Assembly (NCBI RefSeq): GCF_902652985.1
Contig: NC_047023.1
Span: 16,616,001 to 16,680,000, forward strand
Origin: Pecten maximus
Taxonomy: Eukaryota
Reading direction: 5' to 3'
Length of the DNA: 64,000 bases
The position numbers were made by a program, and so were the translations under genes. Below, one piece after another: positions 35,500 to 49,337 of the stretch (position 1 is its first letter; the number at the start of each line of letters is the position of its first letter). Under the pieces are notes generated by a model. The model was given only the letters and a program-made list of their open reading frames with translations, made no database searches and had not been told where the DNA came from.

Positions 35500-36522
35500 A
35501 CATAACTGCAATGTGTATTGTACAACTCTGTGACATAACACTGATATGTATTGTACAACTCTGTGACATAACACTGATATGTATTGTACAACTCTGTGAC
35601 ATAACACTGATATGTATTGTTCTTATCTGACATAACACTGATATGTATTGTTCTTATCTGACATAACACTGATATGTATTGTTCTTATCGTACATAACAC
35701 TCATATGTATTGTTCTTATCGTACATAACACTCATATGTATTGTTCTTATCTGACATAACACTGATATGTATTGTTCTTATCTGACAAAACACTGATATG
35801 TATTGTTCTTATCGTACATAACACTCATATGTATTGTTCTTATCTGACATAACACTGATATGTATTGTTCTTATCTGACATAACACTTATATGTATTGTT
35901 CTTATCTGAAAAAACTCATATGTATTGTTCTTATCTTACATAACACTGATATGTATTGTTCTTATCTGAAAAAAAATCATATGTAGTGTTCTTATCTTAC
36001 ATAACACTGATATGTATTGTTCTTATCTGACATAACACTGATATGTATTGTTCTTATCTTACATAACACTGATATGTATTGTTCTTATCTTACATAACAC
36101 TGATCTGTATTGTTCTTATCTTACATAAAACTGATATGTATTGTTCGTATCTGATATTACACTGATATGTTTGCTCTTATCTGAAAAAAACTCATATGTA
36201 TTGTTCTTATCTTACATAACACTGATATGTATTGTTCTTATCTGAAAAAAAATCATATGTATTGTTCTTATCTTACATAACACTGATATGTATTGTTCTT
36301 ATCTGACATAACACTGATATGTATTGTTCTTATCGTACATAACACTCATATGTATTGTTCTTATCGTACATAACACTGATATGTATTGTTCTTATCTTAC
36401 ATAACACTGATATGTATTGTTCTTATCTGAAAAAAACTCATATGTATTGTTCTTATCTGACATAACACTGATATGTATTGTTCTTATCTGACATAACACT
36501 GATATGTATTGTTCTTATCTGA
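35500..36522. repeat. 31-bp minisatellite (~32 copies; first units 33 bp)
   Basis: Unit ctgacataacactgatatgtattgttcttat. Confidence 0.97.
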
Positions 36523-37580
36523 CAGACGTAGATACGATCAGTGTGCCACTCCTTTTGGCAAGTGTCATGTGATTGTGACTGGCATTGGGCATATGGCGAA
36601 TGTATATATAACGTATAACCTTTATCCTTTAAATGAGAGTATCGTTATTATATTAAGCTTTAAATTGTCATCATTACGTCAGATTGAACAGCAGTTGAAG
36701 GACAGATGTCTTTTGTGACTGTAAATAGAATCATTTTAACAATTTGCTTTGAAATTGTATCATTGTCATTGACGTATAGATTAACGGAATGTAATGAATA
36801 AACCGGCGGTTCTGAATGGGTTGCTATGTTGCTTTAATCATTTAATCAATTTAAACAATTAAGACATTGGAGAGTATCAACTAAGTATATGCTTAATGTT
36901 TATAATCTGATGCAATATCTTTATCATATATACCTTATTTTTCTGAAATACAAAATTTCCCCATGTATCTTTCATGACATATGTTTATGAATTATAGTAT
37001 TTGCCATATTGACATGTGTTTAACGAAATAGGCACATGGCCATTTATGAGGACACTTCCTATCTATGATGCAGTAAGTGCAGTTAGGTGCTTCGTTCTCG
37101 TCAATATTTATGTACAAACCATGATGAAAGTGACACTTTATTAGATTTGTTTTATTTCATTTTCCAAGCATTGCACTTTTTATTGAACTAGCACGTTTGA
37201 TCTCCATAGAAGAACACCTGTTGCGTTCGATTGTAACCGGGCTCATATCTGCATTAAAAGCAATGGATAGGATCATCGATATTCATTCCGGATATCTGAA
37301 ACCTTCCGTAGGACTATATAGTGCAAAAATTCAAATAAAATGTTGATTAAATAGCCAAAGACATTTAGGACATATCGATTGAGCACGTTTTCTTTAAAAA
37401 AAATACTACCGTATGTTCATCACATACATGGATGATCAAAGGCTACGGCTTCTTCAGAAAGATCGTATCACTTCCGAACGGCTGGGACATGGCGCCAGAC
37501 TGGGAAAAAGTCCGAAATCAATCAATTGATTATGAAGTCGTCAATTGTCGTGACCACGTTAGTATGACCTAATGACTAAA

Positions 37581-37870
37581 ACGTGACAAAGTCAATCTGA
37601 CTCATTTACATTTACCACGTGACAAAGTCAATCCGACTAATTTACATTTATCACGTGACAAAGTCAATCTGACTAATTTACATTTATCACATGACAAAAT
37701 CAATCCGACTAATTTACATTTACCACGTGACAAAGTCAATCTGACTAATTTACATTTATCACGTGACAAAGTCAATCTGACTAATTTACATTTATCACAT
37801 GACAAAGTCAATATGACGTATTTACATTTATCACGTGATCAAATCAATATGACTTATTAGGTATTTATCA
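37581..37870. repeat. 36-bp minisatellite (~8 copies)
   Basis: Unit acgtgacaaagtcaatctgactaatttacatttatc. Confidence 0.95.
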
Positions 37871-37935
37871 TATGACTCAGTGACTTTTTATCATCGAATT
37901 GTTCAGATTTGTTGTGTGTGGTACTTTCTTAATCC

Positions 37936-38200
37936 TATTGTACTGTTCTCTCTTAAAGTTATGGTGTTGTTCTGTCTTAAACTTATGGTGTTGTTCTGTC
38001 TTAAAATTATGGTGTTGTTTTGTCTTAAACTTATGGTGTTGTTCTGTCTTAAATTTATGGTGTTGTTCTGTCTTAAAGTTATGGTGTTGTTCTGTCTTAA
38101 AGTTATGGTGTTGTTCTGTCTTAAAGTTATGGTGTTGTTCTGTCTTAAAGTTATGGTGTTGTTCTGTCTTAAAGTTATGGTGTTGTTCTGTCTTAAACTT
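37936..38200. repeat. 24-bp minisatellite (~11 copies)
   Basis: Unit cttaaagttatggtgttgttctgt. Confidence 0.96.
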
Positions 38201-38291
38201 AACTTGAGATTCTTACAGTTTTAAGACCGCGTCATGCTAAGTCCGAGTTAATATTATTAATACATTGAACTCGCTTTACGCTAAGAATTAG

Positions 38292-38344
38292 GGCCCAGTT
38301 GTTCAAAAAGTGATTAGTCTAATCACGTTTTGAACAACTGGGCC
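38292..38344. mobile_element. Minimal TIR-only element (hairpin), PIF/Harbinger-like ends
   Basis: ggcccagttgttcaaaa-agtgattagtctaatcacg-ttttgaacaactgggcc; the superfamily is inferred only from the GGGCCC terminus preceded by TTA. Confidence 0.55.
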
Positions 38345-39156
38345 AAGGTAGATATATCATATAGTCAGTTCTACAGAACAACTGGGCCACGGTAAATATA
38401 TCATATAGTCAGTTCTACAGAACAACTGGGCCAAGGTAAATATATCATATAGTCAGTTCTACAGAACAACTGGGCCAAGGTAAATATATCATATAGTCAG
38501 TTCTACAGAACAACTGGGCCAAGGTAAATATATCATATAGTCAATTCTACAGAACAACTGGGCCAAGGTAAATATATCATATAGTCAGTTCTACAGAACA
38601 ACTGGGCCAAGGTAAATATATCATATAGTCAGTTCTACAGAACAACTGGGCCAAGGTAAATATATCATATAGTCAGTTCTACAGAACAACTGGGCCAAGG
38701 TATATATATCATATAGTCAGTTCTACAGAACAACTGGGCCAAGGTAAATATATCATATAGTCAGTTCTACAGAACAACTGGGCCAAGGTAAATATATCAT
38801 ATAGTCAGTTCTACAGAACAACTGGGCCAAGGTAAATATATCATATAGTCAATTCTACAGAACAACTGGGCCAAGGTAAATATATCATATAGTCAGTTCT
38901 ACAGAACAACTGGGCCAAGGTAAATATATCATATAGTCAGTTCTACAGAACAACTGGGCCAAGGTAAATATATCATATAGTCAGTTCTACAGAACAACTG
39001 GGCCAAGGTAAATATATCATAGTCAGTTCTACAGAACAACTGGGCCAAGGTAAATATATCACATAGTCAGTTCTACAGAACAACTGGGCCAAGGTAAATA
39101 TATCATATAGTCAGTTCTACAGAACAACTGGGCCAAGGTAAATATATCACAGAACA
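38332..39156. repeat. 44-bp minisatellite (~19 copies)
   Basis: Unit gaacaactgggccaaggtaaatatatcatatagtcagttctaca. Confidence 0.97.
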
Positions 39157-41911
39157 ATGATTGATGAATAGAATATTCAAATTTTACACCTGATCCATTT
39201 CGTCAACTGCAAAGAAACTGCAGTCCTCATGCCTCTAGAAATCGCGCACTCCATGTTATAGGACTCTATATGTATAAAGAGTGTTAAAGGGTGTCAAATA
39301 TACCGTTTCTAACCTTTTTTTGTTAGATGGATATGAAAAACAGCCGCTGTTACGTAATTAAATGTACATTGATAAAAGTTCTACAAACTACCTGACGTCA
39401 TCCGTATCTCTAAAAAGACAAAACGATCATGCCGATCAGTTAGATTGGCTGCAAATTTTAACTGTAAATTGTTTGTTTGTGGTGCCATTTGCAGTAGACA
39501 TATATATAAATATATATTGATATAAACCTGAGTATCGAAGTCAAGGTCCAGGATTTAGTGGTAAATACGAAACCAAACCTCAGTGGAAATATAAACAATT
39601 GATCTACTTCTTGTCTTGTCGATAAATCTCTACCTTCAGTCTTCAAACGAATGCTGATGCTCCAAGGGATACTACATGTGCTAAACCTCTATATTCTCCC
39701 TACATAACGATAATAAAGATTAGTGATAATAACGCTTATGAATCCCAATAGAGTTTCACGACATGTCACCATGACAACCATGCCATCTTTGATAACCGGC
39801 GCGTGACTGGTTACAACTGTTGGGAATATGATAGTGACGTCAGTCATTTTGTCCAACAATGATTTATGACAAAAAACTCACAAAATTTTTGTTTATAACT
39901 TTTACGATTTCTGTACCACACACGTTAAGTAGTTAAAGTTCGGTTGCACTTTAATATGGGCATACGATTTTCAACAAGCAGTTTATGTAAAGGTATTTCC
40001 GGTTTTTTATCTCCATGAATAATAAGTCATATTAAGAAAACGACAAAGTCATCAGTCACCCATCGCTTTCCTTTTCATTATTAGGATAATATAATTTGGC
40101 GGTGTCATTTTAAATAATATTATGATTTATATACTAAAAAATGACAGTATATAAACCTTGTTTCAGTTTTGATGCTTTGGAAAATTTGACTGTAGTCCGA
40201 CATGTCGGCTATATGTACCTCATGCAATGCCACCGATAAGTAATAATCTTTGATAATACGGATTTCCCGATCACAGTTATTTGGAAATATCCTCATATGT
40301 GCTCTGCATGTACATCATTCCTATAGCATCGATAGAGCATCACTAGATGAAGCGATCCTCTTTCAAGGAATAAAAAATCGTATATCATTTCCAGTCCGGC
40401 GCTCAGTGCTCTCCTAATCGAAATTAGACAGTTACTGTATAAGGACTTGGTATGATTTACACATGTACAAGTACTGTTAGCTTCTCAACAAGTAAAAATG
40501 TTTTTTTTTGTATGCACTAAATTAGCAGCTCCTTCGGTACTTGGCTTAAACATACAATGGAAGACGCTTTCTCTTCCGGAACATGGTTCTCATTATCCAT
40601 GCACTCTTGATATATTGACATCGTTAACATCATTTTGAGTTAAAGTGATGGTTGTGTTATATTCTCCCTTGTCGGTTTTGACATTAACTGAGTCTCAGTC
40701 ATTTTATATTCAACACATTCAGGATGTAGTATGTCACATTTTGTTTACTTTATATCGAAGGCCGACATTGCATTATAATGTTTAATGTGAATAAATCGCA
40801 AACTGCAAACATTTATGTGGTTAAAAGCCATTTTTAATCAGGATTGGTATGGCTAAATGGCCGAGATACGCTTTAATGTATTTTACTAATTATGCGTTTC
40901 TTCAGATTGTCGCGGTCAGGTCAACAGTTTGAAAAAAGACCGCACCTTTTTTCAAAATGTTCTAGCCAGGCCATAATATTTTTCTCAGTATCTTAAATTT
41001 ATTTTCTATTCATCTATTTTAGCGAGTTTATTATAATCTGGAAAAGAGCGAAAATGAAAATAACAACCCTAACAGAACTCATCTTCAGTGTCAGCAGTAT
41101 TTGTCAATTAACACACTCCTAAGTACTCAACGACTGGCCTTATAGTGTTCTGTTGTAAATATATTATAGGCTGATTTGTATTACACCTCAACTCAGAGTA
41201 AAAACAGGAATATTACCATATGTGGACTCTCTATAATGCCATGGTGTAAGGCCACCTGCTGGATTAAGAAAACGATTATATATCTGAGGAACGGTAACAG
41301 ATAAAGTCTCAAGTGAACTTGTTCATGGAAGAACAATAAAACATGGAAGTTTTATTCCGGTGTCATGGTAGGTCACCTAGTGCAATGCTTCTGTTTGTCA
41401 CCAGATCGTGACGTCAGTTATACTAATGTCTCGTCAGCTGTCAACCATTCCTTCAGGGACACCGTCAGATTGGCTTGAGAGGAAAAAGAAAAATCAACAA
41501 AAATAAAAAGTGTCTTTGTTGTTTTGTTTTTGATATAGTGTCCTTGAAACGGTGAAAGCCATAGGAATATGGTCGTCTAGAAGGCTATAAAATAGTGCTG
41601 ATATATTTGCCGTTTGTTCTACATTAGAGTATTGAAGGTATTTGGAATCAGATCAAATAAGAATAAACAAATAAGAAAATAAATAGACCAAAATATTCCA
41701 TTGTTGTGAATATATGTCGTCCTTAATTAGTCTCAACAATTCCCATCGAAAGAAAAACAAATGTAGAAAATGGTATATCAAGGGCGCAATAAACATTAGT
41801 AATAGGTTTTAAGAGAATACTTTCTTGTGGTTCCAATTTACAAGCGATTCTATTTTGAGAACGGGACATTGCTTTGGTTGGTGGTTTTACGTCTCCTATC
41901 TTGGCCATAGA

Positions 41912-42210
41912 CGTGTGCTGCTCATGCGACATAATGGTGCCGACCATGTGTGCTCAGACGACATAATGGTGCCGAACATGTGTGCTCAGACGACATAATG
42001 GTGGCAGTGTGTGTTTAGGCGAAATGTCGGCGCCGGCGTGTGCTCAGGCGACGTGATGGGCCAATGTGTGCTTAGGTGACGTGATGGGCCAATGTGTGCT
42101 CAGGTGACGTGTGGGCCAATGTGTGCTCAGGTGACGTGATGGGCCAATGTGTGCTTAGACGACGTGATGGGCCAATGATGATAGTTCCAGTGTGTGCTCA
42201 GACTACGTGA
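41912..42210. repeat. ~28-30-bp GC-rich minisatellite (~10 diverging copies)
   Basis: Unit gtgtgctcaggtgacgtgatgggccaat and variants. Confidence 0.88.
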
Positions 42211-45200
42211 GGGGGCGGTGTACGAGACTGCTGGTGGACAGGATACCCCTCTGGTGTAACTTGTTCTTTCCATCTGGTACGTATAAAGGACCATACAGCT
42301 CTCTGGGACGGACATACATGTAGGTACCTAAAATTGACTTTAAATGGCGGTTGAAGAAGAGGAAGACTCTTTTCTTTCAGGAACATTGGTTTATTATCAT
42401 CGTACTTTTTAAGAGTTTGTCTGCATTTGTTACTTGTTGTGATAATTTTTCAATCGATTTGGAGTTCGAATGTCGGGTTCGTTAAAGCGTTGTGATCTTA
42501 TACTGTTATTTCTCTCTGATGATTTAAGTAACATCATTGACAAATAATTTTATGAAGAAGCAGATTACTTGGAATTCTGGAAATAGATATTACAATAGTG
42601 ACGTACCATTTTTGTAATCGACACAAAGTTCACACGAATCTATGATTATGGTCGAATAAGATTTTACTCTATCTAAATGAACAGTGAGGTGCGTGCTTTC
42701 GAAATTTCGTTTTCAAATACGAAATTTACCAACCAGATTTTGTTGTAAATAGTAAGGCGATTAAAATCGTTGTGTCTATAAATTCAAATTATTTAAAATG
42801 CAATAAATTAATAAAGCAATGTGCACATAGATTGACTGATACCCAAGAGACTTTGTTACTAGTTATCAGACAATCTGCACGTTCTTTACTGCACGTGACC
42901 AGTATGCTAATCTTTAATTGTATCAAAATCAGAAACGCCTCAAACGAGATGACGTTAATGAATTTGTTAATATGTTAAACATTGTATATAGATTTTTTTT
43001 ATATTTCAAATTGAGGTTTGAACAAGGTAATTAACTTGTATATCGATGTATACTCGAAAACGTGATATATATGTTAAATAGACTGCGTATTGAAAGTGAA
43101 ATTAGATTTTGACAAAACAGTCGTGTTTTTCAGCATTCGGCTCTCAAAGATCCAAACCCAGTCTGGATATCAAACATACATGTACAACGGCAAGTGACAT
43201 CTCACAAGGCAAATTTGTTTGAGTGTACAAGAAGATAATAGCTGACAACCATTTGGCATGTCGCAACGACCTCATGCAATTTTGTAGATTTTATTGTGCA
43301 TGATGTTATAAAGCTGTCTTTTATTCGATCTAAATAAATGTATTACTTAATAGATATAAAATTATTATATTATATATGTTTCTGCTTTTACTACTTTGGA
43401 AAATGCACATTTCCCATTAAGTTTCATTTTGGTGACATACACTTTATTCAAACCAAAGAATGTCCCTTTAAACAGTAACACCGTGTTTCGACTACCGGGT
43501 TTCCCTGCGTATTGCCCGCGGGCTGTACGATTTTACGAAATTGTTTTTTACAAATGCTTAAAAATGCCGTGTTTTACATCGCGTCGGCTATACACCGATT
43601 CGGGTATCGTTTACACAGGAAGTTAACCACTTAAAAATTTAAAGATTTGCATTGAGAAGAATTCCTTAACAGACGTAATAGCTACCACATAACAAAGAAC
43701 TTATGTAATAAATTATAATATTGACAAATAGTACCTTCTTCAATTTACATTTTAAGCCGTCTGTGATACATATGTAACACAAGAATGCATCCCGCAGAAA
43801 TATTAGACCTTGGCTGTTTGTGTATTCATATCTAACCTCTAGCCTACAATGCGGGTGGTTTTGTGACGTCATAGTACCCGTTCCTGTCGCCGGACACCTG
43901 TCGTGAGAGTTAGGTGCGCGAGACATCAACAGAGGTCACTAGTGGTCGCCTAATCTTACCTGTCAATCAAAACTGTTCCATAAATAACATAAAAAGGAAA
44001 TTCTAGTAGCTGAGGTGTGAAAAGGCGTTGTCATGCGTGATGAAATTTTGATCTATTTTTGGATAAGTGAATGGATTATTTGAACTGGTAAGGTGCGACT
44101 TGTCGACATGAATTAGTGTTAAATGTCTGTATTATTTGTTCGTGTATCGACATTCTAATCATTCCCAATAAATATAAAGCTGTTTCCAAGCGGAACATGA
44201 CTGTCGGCAGAGTGTATGAATCTCTTTTGTGTCAGGTTATGTTAACAACAAAATTACCGATCATCAAATTTTACTACTTGTTAACTCATTTAAATTACAG
44301 AATTTTACATGTTTTAATACCCTGACTCAGAAACATGTAAATATGTACTTTAATTAAAGGCAGTCTTCAAAGGGGAAAAAGGGAAAAAACCTGTCCAAAT
44401 TAAAATTAAAAGATGTATAAAGATGTAAGTTCTCAGCCGTATGTTACAACTGTTTATACTTTCTAGGTAATGACATTTAGCTGTGAATTATAAAGATACT
44501 GTAAATTATTGGACGTGATAATTCCATTTTGATATCATATTAAACTGCTTCATTACAGTACATGTATTAGTCACCGCTTTCATGAAGGTTTCCTTTTTTT
44601 GCCTAGTACATCAATTCCTGTAACTTAATTCATTTTTGTGGTTATCTTATTTAAGCGATTTTCGCGCTTGAAGCATTCCGTTAAATTGTGATTGCGCTTT
44701 TTGTAGTTTCTGTACATCATTGTCCATGGTTAGGGTCGTGGTAGCACCAAGTCATCATGGCGCTTATGCTTTAACTCGGTTATACGATAAAACGTGAGTG
44801 TGCGGAACTCATTTCGTTTACAGTATATGCTTTTGGTGAAAGAACATGTTCTGAAAATCTGAACGCACGTAGAAATTGAATATTTCATTAACAAATCATG
44901 ACGTTTATCATAAAACGTTAATATATTTGCACTTATTTTGCGTTTTAATTACAATTGAGAGCATATCGCATGTAACTAATCAGTCCATTGTGAACCTCTG
45001 AGCTAAACTTACCTTCGAGTCTAATATGAAATACATTTGTAGTACCAGGAGATTGGAGTTCATTATTTGTGTAATGTATCCGGGACTGTGAGGGCAACAT
45101 GTATTTAACTTTCAATTATGAAAGGTACAATTTGTACGATTGCAGGTGGTAGACACTGATTATCCCTGGGGGTATATCGTAACCTGTTTGTCACGAACCC

Positions 45201-45276
45201 ATATTTTGACATTTCCTTTGGCCTATTTTGACATTTTGGTCGACTTCTGTCATCAACACTTTAGGCCCTTACTTAG

Positions 45277-46155
45277 CATCACTGACAAGTCTGTATGGTG
45301 TTCCTAACAAAATCACTGACAAGTCCTATTAGGACGGTACAGATGTATGGTGTCCCTAACATCACTGACGAGTCCTATTAGGACGGTACATCTGTATGGT
45401 GTCCCTAACATCACTGACGAGTCCTATTAGGACGGTACAGCTGTATGGTGTCCCTAACAACATCACTGACAAGTCATATTAGGACGGTACAGCTGTATGG
45501 TGTCCCTAACAACATCACTGACAAGTCATATTAGGACGGTACAGCTGTATGGTGTCCCTAACAACATCACTGACAAGTCATATTAGGACGGTACAGCTGT
45601 ATGGTGTCCCTAACATCACTGACAAGTCCTATTAGGACGGTACAGCTGTATGGTGTCTCTAACAACATCACTGACAGGTCCTATTAGGACGGTACAGTTG
45701 TATGGTGTCCCCAACAACATCACTGACATGTCCTATTAGGACGGTACAGCTGTATGGTGTCCCTAACAACATCACTGACAAGTCCTATTAGGACAGTACA
45801 GCTGTATGGCGTCCCTAACAACATCACTGACATGTCCTATTAGGACGGTACAGCTGTATGGTGTCCCTAACAACATCACTGACAAGTCCTATTAGGACAG
45901 TACAGCTGTATGGCGTCCCTAACAACATCACTGACAAGTCCTATTAGGACAGTACAGCTGTATGGCGTCCCTAACATCTCTGACGAGTCCTAAAAAGAAG
46001 AATGTGTATAATGTCCCTAACATCACTGACGAGTCCTAAAAGAAAGAATATGTATGATGTCCCTAACATCACTGACGAGTCATAGAAAGACTAACAGTTG
46101 CATGAAGTCCCTAGCATCACTGACGAGCCCTAGAAGGACAAAACATTTCTATGGT
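45277..46155 (+). repeat. 49/52-bp minisatellite (~18 units) whose monomer is a degenerate minimal type I hammerhead ribozyme
   Basis: Unit catcactgac(g/a)agtcctattaggacggtacagctgtatggtgtccctaa(caa). The repeat itself is certain; the hammerhead origin is inferred from core and stem layout. Confidence 0.85.
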
Positions 46156-46497
46156 TGGTGCAATATAATTCATTTTTAAATTGTGGTTTTATCTTGTCTC
46201 TTTTGTTGAATCCCTCAAGACGGTTGCGGATCATTGTGTGATCGACGTGTTCTATTTGGAAATCGAATGCTGTGCAAGTCACGTGCTTGGATCAATGTCT
46301 TTTCTATTTCATATATTTCATCAAAACAACACATATACATTGTACCTTAAAGTTCATTTAAGGACAGTTGCAATTTCTTTTAAAAATCAATAGTCAATAA
46401 AATGTGTTTGGTAACTCTTTAAGATTTATTTAGTACTGCGATCTCTTTCGGCAAATTTATCCTGGAGCTTCTGCTCTCACTGAAAAATTTCAAATGA

Positions 46498-46528
<31 letters not shown>

Positions 46529-49337
46529 CTTTCAATTTTTAATGTCAATGGGTTGAATCTTCTTCACTCGTAAACAATTTTTAACTTTTAAAAGGCTTCT
46601 GTTGCAGAGTTATGTTCAGCTGCCCTTGCGATCTGATGTTTTTTTACTTGTAATCGGGGGCGAGGGATTGATGGCTTTGAACTGTACTCACGAAATGGAT
46701 TATTTCAAGTGCCATTAGATATCTAATCCCTTGGTGTCAGTGGGCTCCGGCGCTCCAAATACATATCCCCGTCTCTGAGAGATTTAATGTCACTAGGAAA
46801 AACGCATTACAGTATACTATATCCGTGAAATTCTCCCATAGAAACATATATTTGTCAATTAAACGTACATTTACAATCCTGACTTTTGTCGAAATTTACA
46901 TTTCTATCAAAAGCTGCATATTATACTGTAAGTTAGCTTAGCATTAGTCTTAAGGATTTTGGTTTAAATTATGCAATGTTCCCTTGATTTTACACTCTAG
47001 CAATACATATACATATATATTTACTGTTTTACGAGCTTACGGCCTACTTACCATATACACCATTATGTGGATAGGTGCGTTATTTGTCCGTATATAAAAC
47101 TGTGTTGTATTTGTCCGTATATAAAACTGTGTTGTATTTGTCCGTGTTTTCAAATCTTTTCTCCAAGAATAAAATTACATGCATTACTTTTGTATCCGTG
47201 TATTTGAATGTTATTCTTTTCTGTTCTGTGTCTTTAAAATAGGAACTGACGGTTCCGCTGGTTTCTCTTTATCTTATGTATCACTGTTTTGATAAAGCGG
47301 TGGTTGGTCGATAAGTTCTTTCTTTGTCCGTGCTGTTCTTTTTCCACTGCTACATTAACGCAGTGGTAACAGTAGATATTTAACATTGTAATCGTATATT
47401 GGCTCACAAATTAGAACAGAGTGTACAAAGATAGATGCTTACATTATCTGAAATACAGAAACAATTGTAATTCTAGTAATAGCTGAATAATGAATATTTA
47501 TCCGCTGTATCTTAGTACTTTCCTTTGGCGAGTCGTTTCTTTCTTTAAATCAACTTATATCTATTATTGTTGATGGCTAAGGTAATGGAAAAAGATGTAA
47601 GTACTTTCGGTCTAGGAATCATAATAAAACATTTCATATTGACCTAGAAAACCATTTGTCATTGTAACTGGTCAATCAGTGGTCAACGAATTTTCATGAA
47701 AACGATGAACCTCTACCAGACTTATTTTCGATTGGCTGTCATGAAGTGATGGCCGAATGATATACAATGTAATTGTCGTTATTTACACCGCCCAGCGACT
47801 GTATTACAACCATGGCCCCGCTTCTCTTTGTAAGAAAGCTAGGATTAATAAAGTGTACTTTTAAACAGGGGAACAAGTCACGAACTACATGTACAAGTTT
47901 GGTAACGTTATTTTCACGACTGTTAACCTACCTCTTCTTGTGTAGTTTACATGTCACAATCAGTACGCTATCCCGAAGTACTGCAAACGTACTTAATCTG
48001 GCGCACTCAAATTTTCGAGTGTAACCAAAGTAAAGCATTTAAGGGCAATGTTAAATCAAGCACCCACAGTTCTTCTCTTAGAAAACATTGTGCAGAAACT
48101 ACTATACGCATATTCATAATTTTGAGAAATGATTCCTACGCGGAAATCGCTAAACGAAGATTACCGCTAAGATATATACATATGTATATACATTGTAGTA
48201 TACGTTTTCAGTCTATGGCAGACTTTATGGATAGTGCGTAGTGTTTTTTTGTTGTAACATGTTTCTTATCCATTGGCATCTGTTATAGGTGCTAAAATCA
48301 ACTCTAAATGTAGGGGATAATTATCCACCGTTTGGTCAATTAAAAACACAACAACAAATAAACCTTAATATTTATTGATACCATTTTGATTTCCTTTCTA
48401 TTTCCGTAATTTTGACCTCCAGAATTACTGACGAGACCAAAACGATGATGCCATTTTCTGTTTATCATTGGGCATATACTGTTCTATTACTTAATTCACC
48501 CTTAAACGGGTTTCTTTTGTAATCCTTCTGCCAATGGCATATTTCCTACGAATATAGAATGGGTCCCTGATTAGTCAGGACACAACACCTTATTTCGCTC
48601 TCCAAAAAGACAGTTGTTGTCGTCTCCAATGTTTTTCGGAATGAATTATGTCTTTTTCAGCTCTGTTACCGTTATTTTCCTATCATTAATTGCGATGACA
48701 TTAAGTTCGGAATTTTTCCATGTGTTTTGCCGATGTGGCAGGTATTTTGTCTTCTTTACCATTGAACAGGTAGAAGAGTGTCACTATTTCCTTTATGTAA
48801 GCTAACGGGATGAACTCTTGAATAAAGTGTAACTTTCTAAATAAATATAATGAATAGTAGATATTATTTACATATATATTCAAGAACATAAATCAGTGTT
48901 TATAGATCACAGGTGTGGCAATATTGTATTCATTTGGAACAGTTCACCACCTGGTGGGTTTTTCCTGTGAACACGTGGCATGAACGTGTAAATGTCTAAC
49001 TAGCATGATGCGTTATATTGATTAGATATTTAAATAACTGCCATATCAAACGTGGACGTCCTTTAAGATTCCTATCGATTGGTTCCCTTACCTTTTACGA
49101 AACCAATGCTTAAGCTACTATCAGCCAAAATAAAACACGTTTCAAACCCACTAAGATATTTTGCTACATGCTTATTTTAAAAATAGTTGTTTCATAAAAG
49201 AAGTATTCCGGTAATTAAATCACTATAGAAACAAGAACGAATGCATCATGATAATAGCATTATTCGACGATCAATAATTTAGGCTGGGCCTTTCATTTTG
49301 ATGAAGACTAGTAAAATCTTCAGGGTCATGATACTAT

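Noticed and set aside
35432-38224. Repetitive ORFs (e.g. MVLFCLK repeats, CKLVRLTLSRD repeats)
   Set aside because: Translations of minisatellites with unit lengths divisible by three
43860-44095. Possible promoter/first exon (TGACGTCA, CpG-richer patch, GT donor-like sites)
   Set aside because: No downstream exons could be linked, and these motifs occur by chance and in TEs
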